From assembly GCF_000146505.1 (NCBI RefSeq), contig NC_017448.1, positions 2,280,001-2,312,000 on the forward strand: 32,000 nucleotides of DNA, in the 5' to 3' direction. Below the pieces are notes generated by a model that worked only from the letters and a program-made list of their open reading frames with translations, had not been told where the DNA came from and did no database searches. Shown piece by piece: positions 1 to 8,617 of this stretch. The position numbers and the translations under genes were made by a program. Source of the DNA: Fibrobacter succinogenes subsp. succinogenes S85 (lineage in GTDB: Bacteria > Fibrobacterota > Fibrobacteria > Fibrobacterales > Fibrobacteraceae). Numbering within the stretch: the stretch's first letter is position 1; every line of letters begins with the position of its first letter.

Positions 1-732
1 GGCATCAAGCTTGAAGGTCTTGTAACGGGCAAGAATACGAAGCACCTGGAACCGACCGACAATGGGCTTATTTCGGCAATGGATGTGGACCAGGCAAAGG
101 AACTTCTGGAGCTCAACTCCGATGTACTAGACTTTGCGCAGATGGATTATTTGATGAACGCCATCCATGCATGCGAAGCGGGTGCGAACCGTGTGCATTT
201 GCTCAGCGGTGAATTCCAGGGTAGCGTGCTGCAGGAAGTGTTCTCGGCCCGCGGTGACGGAACCATGGTGTACGCAAACCAGTACTCCAGTATCCGCCCG
301 GCAACGATTGAAGACATCCCGGATATCTTACGCATCATGCAGGATTACATCGCGAAGGGCTATCTTGTACCGCGTACGCAGGATTCCATCTCCGAAAAAT
401 TGGAAGATTACGTTGTCTATAGCATTGACAACAGCATCCATGGCTGTGGCGCACTCCATGCCTTCGAAGACGGCATGGCCGAAGTTGCGGGAATTGCAGT
501 CGGTGCGAACTACCGCAAGTCCGGCATTGGCGAAGCCATCGTGCGCCACCTGATTTCACTGGGTCGCATGAAGGGCTACAAGACTTTGTTCTTGCTCACG
601 ACGCTGGCTCTCGATTGGTTCTACCAGCTTGGATTTGAAGATGGTACTGTTGAAGAATTGCCGAAGAGCAAACGCGAGCATTACAATCAGAAACGTAAGT
701 CTAGAATCTTGATGCTACCATTGAACAAGTAA
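1..732 (+). CDS. argA: Amino-acid N-acetyltransferase (N-acetylglutamate synthase), C-terminal ~243 codons; 5' end lies outside the window
   Basis: Frame 1 is open from base 1, so the ORF-track Met at 79 is internal. The translation parallels the C-terminal half of E. coli-type ArgA as I recall it. VLQEVFSARGDGTMV matches LLQELFSRDGIGT. The GNAT acetyl-CoA loop is AVGANYRKSGIGEAIV. The tail LPKSKREHYNQKRKSRILM matches LPESKKQLYNYQRKSKVLM. Confidence 0.85.
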   Translation, partial: GIKLEGLVTGKNTKHLEPTDNGLISAMDVDQAKELLELNSDVLDFAQMDYLMNAIHACEAGANRVHLLSGEFQGSVLQEVFSARGDGTMVYANQYSSIRPATIEDIPDILRIMQDYIAKGYLVPRTQDSISEKLEDYVVYSIDNSIHGCGALHAFEDGMAEVAGIAVGANYRKSGIGEAIVRHLISLGRMKGYKTLFLLTTLALDWFYQLGFEDGTVEELPKSKREHYNQKRKSRILMLPLNK

Positions 733-791
733 TTCGCGCGCATTTATAAACGGTGAACATTTCGTTTATTGTCACCGTCTTTTAACATTTC

Positions 792-821
792 ATCCGGCCA
801 TTAGGCCGGATTATCTTTTTT
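792..821 (+). terminator. Rho-independent terminator downstream of argA
   Basis: Perfect 8-bp GC-rich stem ATCCGGCC / GGCCGGAT with loop ATTA, followed by TATCTTTTTT. Confidence 0.8.
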
Positions 822-877
822 ATATACTCTGTTCTAAATAGAGTTTGTATATTTACAGAAAATAGGGAGAAGTGAAA

Positions 878-2650
878 ATGAAAAATGCGGCACTTGCGCT
901 GCTGTTTGTGTTTTGGGGCTTGATGGCGTGCTCTGATGCCGGTAACGATGGCGGAGAAATCCTTGTCCGTTACGATGAAGATGGGATGAAATTTTCCCCG
1001 ACGGAAATAGATGGCATTGTGGGTTACATGCCCTTGATGAAGGCGGAGTCTGTCAGAATTGTAACTGTCGATGCGTCGCTTAACCCGGTGGATTCTTTTG
1101 AAGTGCCGATAGATTCTCTGGAATGGGGTTCTGATGGATTCAAGGTAGATTCTCGTGACTATGAATATCCGTATGTGAAGCTTGTGACGATTTTTCCGTT
1201 AGGGGAAAACGGGAAAATGGAGTTCCCGCAGTATTTAAACTTGCTGACGTATAATTCAAATATCTTTTTGCAGTTTTATGGTGCCGTGATTTCTGGGCGT
1301 GTTGAAACGCTTGTTCGTGATAAGGGCTTTCGCCTACGCGATGCCAAAAAAAAGGCTTACAAGGAACTTGAAGAAGCGTTGGGAACATCTATTGGTAGTC
1401 CTGATAGTAGAGCCTTTTACGATCGCGATGATTATGGAAGGCCGGGACTTTGGGATTTATGGATTTACCTCCTTTGCAGACATGAAATTTCGGATAGCTT
1501 GTTCTATAGCGATTTCAAGGAACTGCGGGATTCCTTTGCTAAGGAAGGGACGATTAGTGCTTCTATAAAGGCACGAGCAGGCGATGCCTGGCTTTCTACT
1601 TTTAAGATTTCGGCGGATTCTACGGAGCGTGATCTTTTTAAGAGCACAAGTCGCGATACCTCTTTAATTCTGCAACGTTTGGATACGGCGTTCTTTAAAT
1701 GGGCGTATGGGATTGAGAATGCCTGGAAAGATTCTGTCAAGATTGAAAATGAGCATAGCGAATACAATGGTCGTATGTTTGTCTATGAGGAACGGTGCAA
1801 CTTGAGTTCTTGCGGATGGCGCCTGAAGGCTCCGCTTGAAGAAAAAATTGGCGCCTGTCTGTATGACAGGAGTCGTTATGCGGAGCTTGATGGAGTCTCT
1901 TATGTGTGCCGCAATGAGTCGTTTGTGTGGGTGCCTGTGAGCGATGTGGATACTATTTTGAAACACAAGTACAGCCGTTGCGAGGAAAAAGCTTATGGAC
2001 AATATGGCGAAATAGGCTTCTATAACGACAACATGTATGTCTGCGATTGTGAATCTGAGGACAAGTGCAACTGGACCGAAGTCAAAGAGGACTTTAAGGC
2101 GACCGTACTGGATACGCCGACGGTCAATGTCTTGGCGACGAAGCTTTATGGCGAATGCAGGGATCATGATGGCGAAAAACATGTGATGGATAGTATTCTG
2201 GTGCGTTGCCGCTGGACAAAGTGGCTTAAAGTCGATACGCTCTCGTATTACATGGGCATTTGCAAAAATGGTTCCAATAGGGATGAATTTGGCCAGTTGG
2301 AAAACGGCGATTACTATAAGTGCAGGGCTTATGGCGGAGAAAAGTGGGAACGCTGCACGTATGCCGATGTGCAAGGAGACTTGTGCAACTGGGTGACTGT
2401 TGATATCTATAAAAAATATGACGACAAGTATTTCCATTGTAAAAATGAAAAATGGAACGAGGTCTCGGAAGAGGATGTCTATGCGCCTGTCGTGAAGGGC
2501 GACTCCTGCAGTTCCAAAAACGAGAAGGAAATAAAGAAGTACGATGATGAATACTTTGTCTGCCGGAGAATAGTCACGGAGGGTAAGGAACTATATTATT
2601 GGCAAATTGCAAATAAATCGGATTTGGAATCTTATAAGGACGAAAACTAG
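878..2650 (+). CDS. Lipoprotein, uncharacterised Cys-rich paralog family, copy 1 of 4
   Basis: ATG 878 lies 7 nt after AGGGAGA (864-870); the ORF track starts at GTG 872. Lipobox is FWGLMAC|SD. Motifs shared with the next three genes: RYDxxGxxxSP, RDYEYPxVK(L/I)V, KMEFxQY, SGRVETLV, CRHE(I/V)SDSxFYS, DAWLSTF, SRD, IENxxSxYxGRxFVYE. The C-terminal half has about six modules of the form C-x(9-20)-[YF][YFIV]xC-x(3-8)-W. Confidence 0.85.
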   Translation: MKNAALALLFVFWGLMACSDAGNDGGEILVRYDEDGMKFSPTEIDGIVGYMPLMKAESVRIVTVDASLNPVDSFEVPIDSLEWGSDGFKVDSRDYEYPYVKLVTIFPLGENGKMEFPQYLNLLTYNSNIFLQFYGAVISGRVETLVRDKGFRLRDAKKKAYKELEEALGTSIGSPDSRAFYDRDDYGRPGLWDLWIYLLCRHEISDSLFYSDFKELRDSFAKEGTISASIKARAGDAWLSTFKISADSTERDLFKSTSRDTSLILQRLDTAFFKWAYGIENAWKDSVKIENEHSEYNGRMFVYEERCNLSSCGWRLKAPLEEKIGACLYDRSRYAELDGVSYVCRNESFVWVPVSDVDTILKHKYSRCEEKAYGQYGEIGFYNDNMYVCDCESEDKCNWTEVKEDFKATVLDTPTVNVLATKLYGECRDHDGEKHVMDSILVRCRWTKWLKVDTLSYYMGICKNGSNRDEFGQLENGDYYKCRAYGGEKWERCTYADVQGDLCNWVTVDIYKKYDDKYFHCKNEKWNEVSEEDVYAPVVKGDSCSSKNEKEIKKYDDEYFVCRRIVTEGKELYYWQIANKSDLESYKDEN

Positions 2651-2659
2651 AGGTTTGCG

Positions 2660-4057
2660 ATGGGCTATGTAAAAGCGTCTTTGCTGTTTCTTGTCTTGTG
2701 GCTTGTCGCCTGTTCTAGCGTTGATAGCGGTGACGGTGTCGTTGCCCGCTACGATAAAGATGGAACCCAGTATTCACCTGCGTTTATGCGCGGGATTGTC
2801 TATTACCTGAAGGGCATGAAGCCGGAAAAGATCAAGATTGTAAGCGTTGATGCAAAGCTCAATCCTATTGATTCTATTGAAGTTTCTGTTGCAAAGGATG
2901 ATGACGGGCGGTATGCCTTTGGGGTGGGCGACCGCGATTACGAATATCCGTTTGTAAAGATCGTGCCGGTGTTCCCGCTGGGTGAAAATGCAAAGATGGA
3001 ATTTGCCCAATATGTGCGCTTAAGAGAGTTCAATATTGACATCGCGCTGAACCTCCCAGAGGCAGTGATGTCTGGGCGTGTTGAAACGCTGGTGCGGGAA
3101 AAGGAACTGGATTTTGACTCGGCGATGACGCAGGCGATTGCTGAAATGCGGCAAGCGTTCAATACGTTTTCTGATGTCATGTCTTATGAAATGTATGTCA
3201 ATGAATATATTGCAAACGAGGCTAGACTTAATGGGCTCTTGATGTACATTTATTGCCGTCATGAAGTTTCGGATAGCGTTTTTTATAGCACGTTCAACGA
3301 ATATCGTGAAACGTTTGCCAAATCGGGGATTGCGGACTCCGCTTTGCTTGTGAAGTCTGCGGATGCATGGCTTTCAACTTTTAAAGTTTTTGACGATATG
3401 GATGAACATACCCAATTTAGGAGCTTGTCAAGGGATTCTGTCTTTGGGGTGAGCCGCTGTGACTATAGCCTCTTTAGGCGCGCTTATGGAGCACCTTTGC
3501 AGTTGACTACGGATATTTGGGAAACAGGTTCAGAATTTTATTCCCGTATTGAAAATAAGTCTAGCATGTATGATGGCCGTACATTTGTCTATGAAAAAAG
3601 GCTTGGCTATTGGCGGATGCAGACGGAATTGGATGATTCCATGGGTGTTTGCCTGTACGGGAATGATTTGGTCGGCGAATACAATGACTCTTATTACCGC
3701 TGTAGGCCGGGGTCTGCCTCGTGGAATGAAGAAACCCGTCGGGATTCGTTGTTGAACAAGATTTTCGGTAACTGCGCTCGGCATTATGCGTCTAATGGAG
3801 TTTCAGGCTATTTGAGAGATTCCCTGTTTGTCTGCGAATGCGATACTTCGCGAGTGTGCGCATGGACGGACAAGTATGTCAATAGTACTTTCAAAAAAGG
3901 CGATGATCTGTATGCATCTGCATTGAGTGCGAGAGCCGTTCAGCGTTATGGCAAGTGTTCTGATGATTTAATTGGTGAAGTGAGACAGATCGATAGTGTA
4001 TCGGTGAGTTGCACCTGGTTTTATGGCTGGAAACTGGTGGAAAATGATGAGGAGTAG
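2660..4057 (+). CDS. Lipoprotein, uncharacterised Cys-rich paralog family, copy 2 of 4 (shortest, about three Cys modules)
   Basis: ATG 2660 lies 9 nt after the copy-1 stop, with AGAGG upstream. Lipobox is LWLVAC|SS. It has the same conserved motif series as copy 1: ARYDKDGTQYSP, RDYEYPFVKIV, KMEFAQY, SGRVETLV, CRHEVSDSVFYS, ADAWLSTF. Confidence 0.85.
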   Translation: MGYVKASLLFLVLWLVACSSVDSGDGVVARYDKDGTQYSPAFMRGIVYYLKGMKPEKIKIVSVDAKLNPIDSIEVSVAKDDDGRYAFGVGDRDYEYPFVKIVPVFPLGENAKMEFAQYVRLREFNIDIALNLPEAVMSGRVETLVREKELDFDSAMTQAIAEMRQAFNTFSDVMSYEMYVNEYIANEARLNGLLMYIYCRHEVSDSVFYSTFNEYRETFAKSGIADSALLVKSADAWLSTFKVFDDMDEHTQFRSLSRDSVFGVSRCDYSLFRRAYGAPLQLTTDIWETGSEFYSRIENKSSMYDGRTFVYEKRLGYWRMQTELDDSMGVCLYGNDLVGEYNDSYYRCRPGSASWNEETRRDSLLNKIFGNCARHYASNGVSGYLRDSLFVCECDTSRVCAWTDKYVNSTFKKGDDLYASALSARAVQRYGKCSDDLIGEVRQIDSVSVSCTWFYGWKLVENDEE

Positions 4058-4063
4058 TTGGCG

Positions 4064-5740
4064 ATGAGGATGTGTATGATTTGGCTTCTGTTTGTTTTGT
4101 TGGGTTTGGTGGCGTGCTCTGAAAGCGAGAATCACGTCGTGGCGAGATATGACGATGTCGGGTTTCAGTATTCTCCTACGGCATTGCAGGGCGTAATTGA
4201 ATACGCTCCTCCCTTGGTTCCGGAATATGTGAGAATTGTCCGCGTCGACAGCATGTTGAATTCGAAGGATTCAATCGAGATCATTCTGGATTCAACCTTC
4301 AAGAATTCGTTCGTCTTTAAGATTGCCGAACGCGATTATGAATTCCCTTACGTGAAGATTGTGGGGGTCTTTTCGGATGGGAAAAAGAAGGTGGAGTTTC
4401 CGCAGTATGTGGATTTGCGCGAATCCAACAACGACTTGAAACTGAATTTAAATGCGTCGCTAGCGGCGGGCCGCATTGAAACGCTAGTGCAGAAGGAAGG
4501 CCTTGATTTCTCGGCCGCCGAAGAAAAAGCGTATTCTGAGATGACGGAGATTTTCAAGGCAGATTTTAATGCGTGGAATACGTACCGGTTTAAGGATGTC
4601 CATTACGCGAACCGCTGGGAACTTTATGAACCGTACCTTTACTGCCGTCACGAAATTTCGGATAGCGTGTTTTACAGCGACTACAAGGAGATGAGCGAAT
4701 ATTTTGCCAAGACGGGAAAAGTTGATTCATCGTTGATTGTCCGTGCGGCAGATGCGTGGCTCTCTACATTTGCACCTGCAAAGGATAAAAATGGAAGGCC
4801 GACTTATAAGAGTTTTTCAAGAGATACTTTGTTTGTTAATTATGCCTATTATGGTCGTGTCTTTGAGCGTATATATGGATTGACCATGCCTGCATGTAAT
4901 AGCTATAATCACCAAGTGACGATAGAAAATAAAAGAAGTGAGTTTTATGGTCGCAAGTTTGCTTGCCCCTGCGAATACGATAACTGGGCGTCTATATGCT
5001 TTTACCGGTTGGTGGACCCTATTGAGGATACGCTTGGCCTGTGCCTGTTGCAGACTACTACTGTTGCGGAGTATAACAATGCGTATTACGTGTGCAAGGA
5101 AAAGGATAATGTCTGGAAGGCCGAAAGCGAAATTGATACAGTGCTAAAATACAAGTTCGGTGCATGCGGTAATTCAGAGACGAAAAATCAGTTCTTTTAC
5201 TTGAATGATTCGCTGTTCTTTTGTGAATGCGATGGTGATAATTGTTCCTGGACGGATCGGTTTGTCAACAAGGATATCAACGAAGAGGACTCTCTGTATG
5301 CAGCTGTCCTGAATGCGAGGGGGGTGCAAAAGTTTGGAAAATGCCAAACGAATAATTCCTATTCGGGCGATAAATATCCACTTGACAGCGTCTTTGTCCA
5401 ATGCCAATATGGCAAATGGGGGCGTATTGATTCACTGACGTATTATCTGGGTGGCTGCTCCAGGGATAAAGCGGAACATTTGGGCGTCTACTATTCGTGC
5501 GAAGGGAGCCTGTATCATGAACGTTTCTTGACATGGCAGAATATATGGAAGGAAATTCCTGCTCCGGTATATTATGGGGAAGAATGCTATTATATACATT
5601 TTGGCGAAGTCGTAGAACATGATGGTTTTTCTTTTGTCTGTGAAGCAACGGATGCGTGTAAAAATGAAGATGGTGTTGTAGTGCCTGAAATACGATTTGA
5701 TCCCGGTTGCGATTACTATTGGCAAAAACAAGATAAATGA
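4064..5740 (+). CDS. Lipoprotein, uncharacterised Cys-rich paralog family, copy 3 of 4
   Basis: ATG 4064 lies 9 nt after GAGGAG (4049-4054); the ORF track uses TTG 4058, which abuts the copy-2 stop. Lipobox is LGLVAC|SE. It has the same motif series: ARYDDVGFQYSP, RDYEFPYVKIV, KVEFPQY, AGRIETLV, CRHEISDSVFYS, ADAWLSTF. About five Cys modules. Confidence 0.85.
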   Translation: MRMCMIWLLFVLLGLVACSESENHVVARYDDVGFQYSPTALQGVIEYAPPLVPEYVRIVRVDSMLNSKDSIEIILDSTFKNSFVFKIAERDYEFPYVKIVGVFSDGKKKVEFPQYVDLRESNNDLKLNLNASLAAGRIETLVQKEGLDFSAAEEKAYSEMTEIFKADFNAWNTYRFKDVHYANRWELYEPYLYCRHEISDSVFYSDYKEMSEYFAKTGKVDSSLIVRAADAWLSTFAPAKDKNGRPTYKSFSRDTLFVNYAYYGRVFERIYGLTMPACNSYNHQVTIENKRSEFYGRKFACPCEYDNWASICFYRLVDPIEDTLGLCLLQTTTVAEYNNAYYVCKEKDNVWKAESEIDTVLKYKFGACGNSETKNQFFYLNDSLFFCECDGDNCSWTDRFVNKDINEEDSLYAAVLNARGVQKFGKCQTNNSYSGDKYPLDSVFVQCQYGKWGRIDSLTYYLGGCSRDKAEHLGVYYSCEGSLYHERFLTWQNIWKEIPAPVYYGEECYYIHFGEVVEHDGFSFVCEATDACKNEDGVVVPEIRFDPGCDYYWQKQDK

Positions 5741-5751
5741 TTTTGGAGGAA

Positions 5752-7962
5752 ATGATGAATTTTAAAAGTGTTGTTTTGACGGTGCTTGCGGCTTTGCTTT
5801 TTGTCGCCTGTTCCGATAACGGCGAAGATGCTGTCATTGCCCGATTTGATGAATCTGGGTACCAGTATTCTCCTCGCTCAATAAGTGTTGTTGTTGAGTA
5901 TTTGCCAACGATGAAGCCTTCGGCGGTCCGTGTTGAGGTTGTCGATAGGCAGCTGAATGCCGTGGATACGATAGAACTGTTCAGGGATACTTCATCTTGG
6001 AACGGAAAGCGTTTTACCATGGAGTCTCAGGATCTTGAATATCCGCTTCTGAGGATTGTAACGGAGTTTCCGTATGGCGAAAAATCCAAGATGGAATTTT
6101 CGCAGTACTATCTCCTGAGTTCAAAATACCGCAGCTACAATATCAGCCAGAATATTTTCATGGCACTTGCATCTTCGCGTTTTGAACATTTTGTAAAGAA
6201 GGAAAATTACAGCTTTGCAGATGCCGAGGATACGGTGATGAGTGAGTTGTCAAAAAGATTTAGCAACACTGCGTATAAAATCGTGACGTATGAATTCCCT
6301 TCTTACGATGTTGGGTTTGATGATTTGCTTTTGTACGTGATTTGCAGGCACGAAATTTCGGATAGCCTGTTCTATAGCGATTTCAGGAAGTTGCGTGAGT
6401 CCTATGCCGAGAAGGGTTTTGTTGATACGACGATAGCTATTACGGCTGCCGATGCGTGGCTTTCTACGTTTGAAAATGTCCCTACTACATATTCGCTTGA
6501 AACCGTATTCCGGAGTGTTTCGAGAGATACAGCCGTGGACTTGAAAAATATGCAGAAGGAATTTTTCAGCCAGGTTTATGGAATAAAATTCACGACAGAC
6601 GATTCAATAAAAATTGAGAAAAAGTCCAGTGCTTATTATGGGAAATACTTTTATTATGACAATGACGGCAATAGCATTTATTATGCACAGTGGCGATTCA
6701 AAAATCCTATCGAAGATACCCTTGGACTGTGCCTGCTTAAGACAAAGTCTCTTGTCACGTATAAGGGCGATGAATATTTATGCGAGAGTGGCTCAAACAT
6801 CTGGAGAAAGAATGTGTCCCATGATGAACTGCTAAAAGGCTATTATGATCGTTGTTGGGAATTCAGTAACAATGATGCTATCTATGTCAGGGATTCGTTG
6901 TATGTCTGTGAATGCGACGAGTCTAAAAATTGCGCCTGGAGCGATAAGTATGCCGGTAAGGAAGTGCCTAGAACAGATTCAGCCGCTTTTGCAAAATATA
7001 TTGCAGTAAAAGCGGTCGGCCAATTTGGGAAGTGTTATACCGATGGTTATGGCGCTCTGAAAAAGCTGGATGATGTGTATATACAGTGCATTGACTCCAA
7101 ATGGCTTGAGGTGGATTCGTTGACATACTATATCGGCCATTGCGCAAAGGATCATGTGAAAGGTGAATACCTTGGGATTTATTATGGGTGCCGTGATTTT
7201 GCTGATTACGGTGCTGGCGATACTGTGTGGGCTGAAATACCGTGGTTCGTCTATAAGGATGATTCATGCACTGAGAAAAAACTGAAAAAAGTGAACAGTG
7301 ATGGTAAGAATTATTTTATTTGTGAAAAGAGTGATGGAGAAAAGGATGATTCCAATGCGGAGTACAAATGGCGTAAGCTTGATAGTGCAGAAGCGATTCC
7401 GCCTGTGATTAACATGGATACATGTGAAAATGTGGTTCCTTATAACTATTTGAAAAAGATTTACGATGATGAATATTACATGTGCGAGGATGGTAAGTGG
7501 CATTCTGTAGACAAGGAAAAACTTACTGCTCCGGAAAAGGCGGGAGATATTTGTTCCTGGGCGTTGCTCAATACTGTAAAAAGGTACGATGGAAAATATT
7601 ATCGATGCACCGCGATTAACATGTGGTATGCTGAAGATGTCGTAACTTCAGTCAGCTATGCATATCGCGACAGCCTTGGAAGTTGCGATACTCTTTCGAA
7701 CGTTGGTTTGCACTGGAACGAGGAAACTTCGGCACTTTGGAGCTGCGTAAGATCCGGTGACAAATACCAGTGGGGTAAAATTGAGTTGCAAGAAAGGGAA
7801 GGTGTTTCCTTGCCGGAGAATATTGAATTGAGCCGTTTTGCGGGCGGAACCCGTGTTAGCCCCTTGATTTATACCGTGGATATTGACGGGACTGATTATC
7901 GTTTTTCTGCGCCGATAGCTAGCGTATGGTATTTGACTGGGATTGTAGAACCTGAAGAATAA
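5752..7962 (+). CDS. Lipoprotein, uncharacterised Cys-rich paralog family, copy 4 of 4 (longest, about eight Cys modules)
   Basis: The start is ambiguous. ATG 5737 overlaps the copy-3 stop (ATGA) but gives an acidic N-terminus (MILEEMM). ATG 5752/5755 follows GGAGGA (5745-5750) and gives MMNFKSVVLTVLAALLFVAC|SD, a normal lipoprotein signal. It has the same motif series: ARFDESGYQYSP, QDLEYPLLRIV, KMEFSQY, CRHEISDSLFYS, ADAWLSTF. Confidence 0.85.
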   Translation: MMNFKSVVLTVLAALLFVACSDNGEDAVIARFDESGYQYSPRSISVVVEYLPTMKPSAVRVEVVDRQLNAVDTIELFRDTSSWNGKRFTMESQDLEYPLLRIVTEFPYGEKSKMEFSQYYLLSSKYRSYNISQNIFMALASSRFEHFVKKENYSFADAEDTVMSELSKRFSNTAYKIVTYEFPSYDVGFDDLLLYVICRHEISDSLFYSDFRKLRESYAEKGFVDTTIAITAADAWLSTFENVPTTYSLETVFRSVSRDTAVDLKNMQKEFFSQVYGIKFTTDDSIKIEKKSSAYYGKYFYYDNDGNSIYYAQWRFKNPIEDTLGLCLLKTKSLVTYKGDEYLCESGSNIWRKNVSHDELLKGYYDRCWEFSNNDAIYVRDSLYVCECDESKNCAWSDKYAGKEVPRTDSAAFAKYIAVKAVGQFGKCYTDGYGALKKLDDVYIQCIDSKWLEVDSLTYYIGHCAKDHVKGEYLGIYYGCRDFADYGAGDTVWAEIPWFVYKDDSCTEKKLKKVNSDGKNYFICEKSDGEKDDSNAEYKWRKLDSAEAIPPVINMDTCENVVPYNYLKKIYDDEYYMCEDGKWHSVDKEKLTAPEKAGDICSWALLNTVKRYDGKYYRCTAINMWYAEDVVTSVSYAYRDSLGSCDTLSNVGLHWNEETSALWSCVRSGDKYQWGKIELQEREGVSLPENIELSRFAGGTRVSPLIYTVDIDGTDYRFSAPIASVWYLTGIVEPEE

Positions 7963-7978
7963 TATTACATTTAAAAAC

Positions 7979-8569
7979 ATGAATACACTCGAAGCTATCA
8001 AGACTCGTCGCAGCACGCGCAAGTTCAAGGCGCAGCCTGTTGAAATTGAAAAGTTGAAACTGATTGCCGAAGCAGGGCAGTTTGGCCCGACCGGTGGTAA
8101 CGCGCAAGGTAATCACTTCCTTGTGATTTCGGATGCGGCGGTGATTGCAAAGCTCAAGGAGCTCGTGCAGTCCGCATTTGCAGCGATGGAACTTCGCGAA
8201 GACCTTTACAAGAGCCTCAAGAATTCTATCACGCTTTCGCGCAAGGGCAATTATTCTTTCTGCTATACGGCGCCTGTGCTTATCGTCGTTGCGAATAAAA
8301 AAGAATATGGCAACAACATGGCGGATGTCGCCTGCGCTGTCGAAAACATGATGCTTGCCGCGAATGAACTCGACCTTGGCAGTTGCTATATCAATCAGCT
8401 CAAGTGGCTGAATGAAGACCCGACGCTTTTGGAATACCTGCGCGGTCTTGGTCTTAAGGAAGATGAACGCGTCTACGCCTCTGTTGCGATTGGCTATGCC
8501 GATACGGAATCGGGACTTCCGAACCGCGCGGAAACTCCCCGAACAGGCAACGAAGTCGTGTTTGTTTAA
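7979..8569 (+). CDS. Nitroreductase-family oxidoreductase
   Basis: The N-terminal signature is TLEAIKTRRSTRKF (RRSxRxF), followed by PTGGNAQGNHFLVI. The length of 196 aa is typical of the family. It starts only 16 nt after paralog 4 with no intervening hairpin, so it may be co-transcribed with the array. Confidence 0.8.
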   Translation: MNTLEAIKTRRSTRKFKAQPVEIEKLKLIAEAGQFGPTGGNAQGNHFLVISDAAVIAKLKELVQSAFAAMELREDLYKSLKNSITLSRKGNYSFCYTAPVLIVVANKKEYGNNMADVACAVENMMLAANELDLGSCYINQLKWLNEDPTLLEYLRGLGLKEDERVYASVAIGYADTESGLPNRAETPRTGNEVVFV

Positions 8570-8577
8570 TACAGGTG

Positions 8578-8617
8578 ATCCCGCGGTTTAAAAAACATCG
8601 CGGGATTCATTTTTTTA
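8578..8617 (+). terminator. Rho-independent terminator between the convergent nitroreductase and FISUMP genes
   Basis: Stem GATCCCGCG / CGCGGGATT(C) followed by ATTTTTTT on the + strand. It overlaps the stop codon of the minus-strand gene. Confidence 0.7.

Noticed and set aside
1664-6020. Minus-strand ORFs 1664..2437 (257 aa) and 5277..6020 (247 aa) inside the lipoprotein array, the latter spanning a gene junction
   Set aside because: They are antisense to well-supported paralogous genes. Their translations are compositionally odd (Ile/Phe/Arg-rich), and they are not conserved between the paralogous positions.
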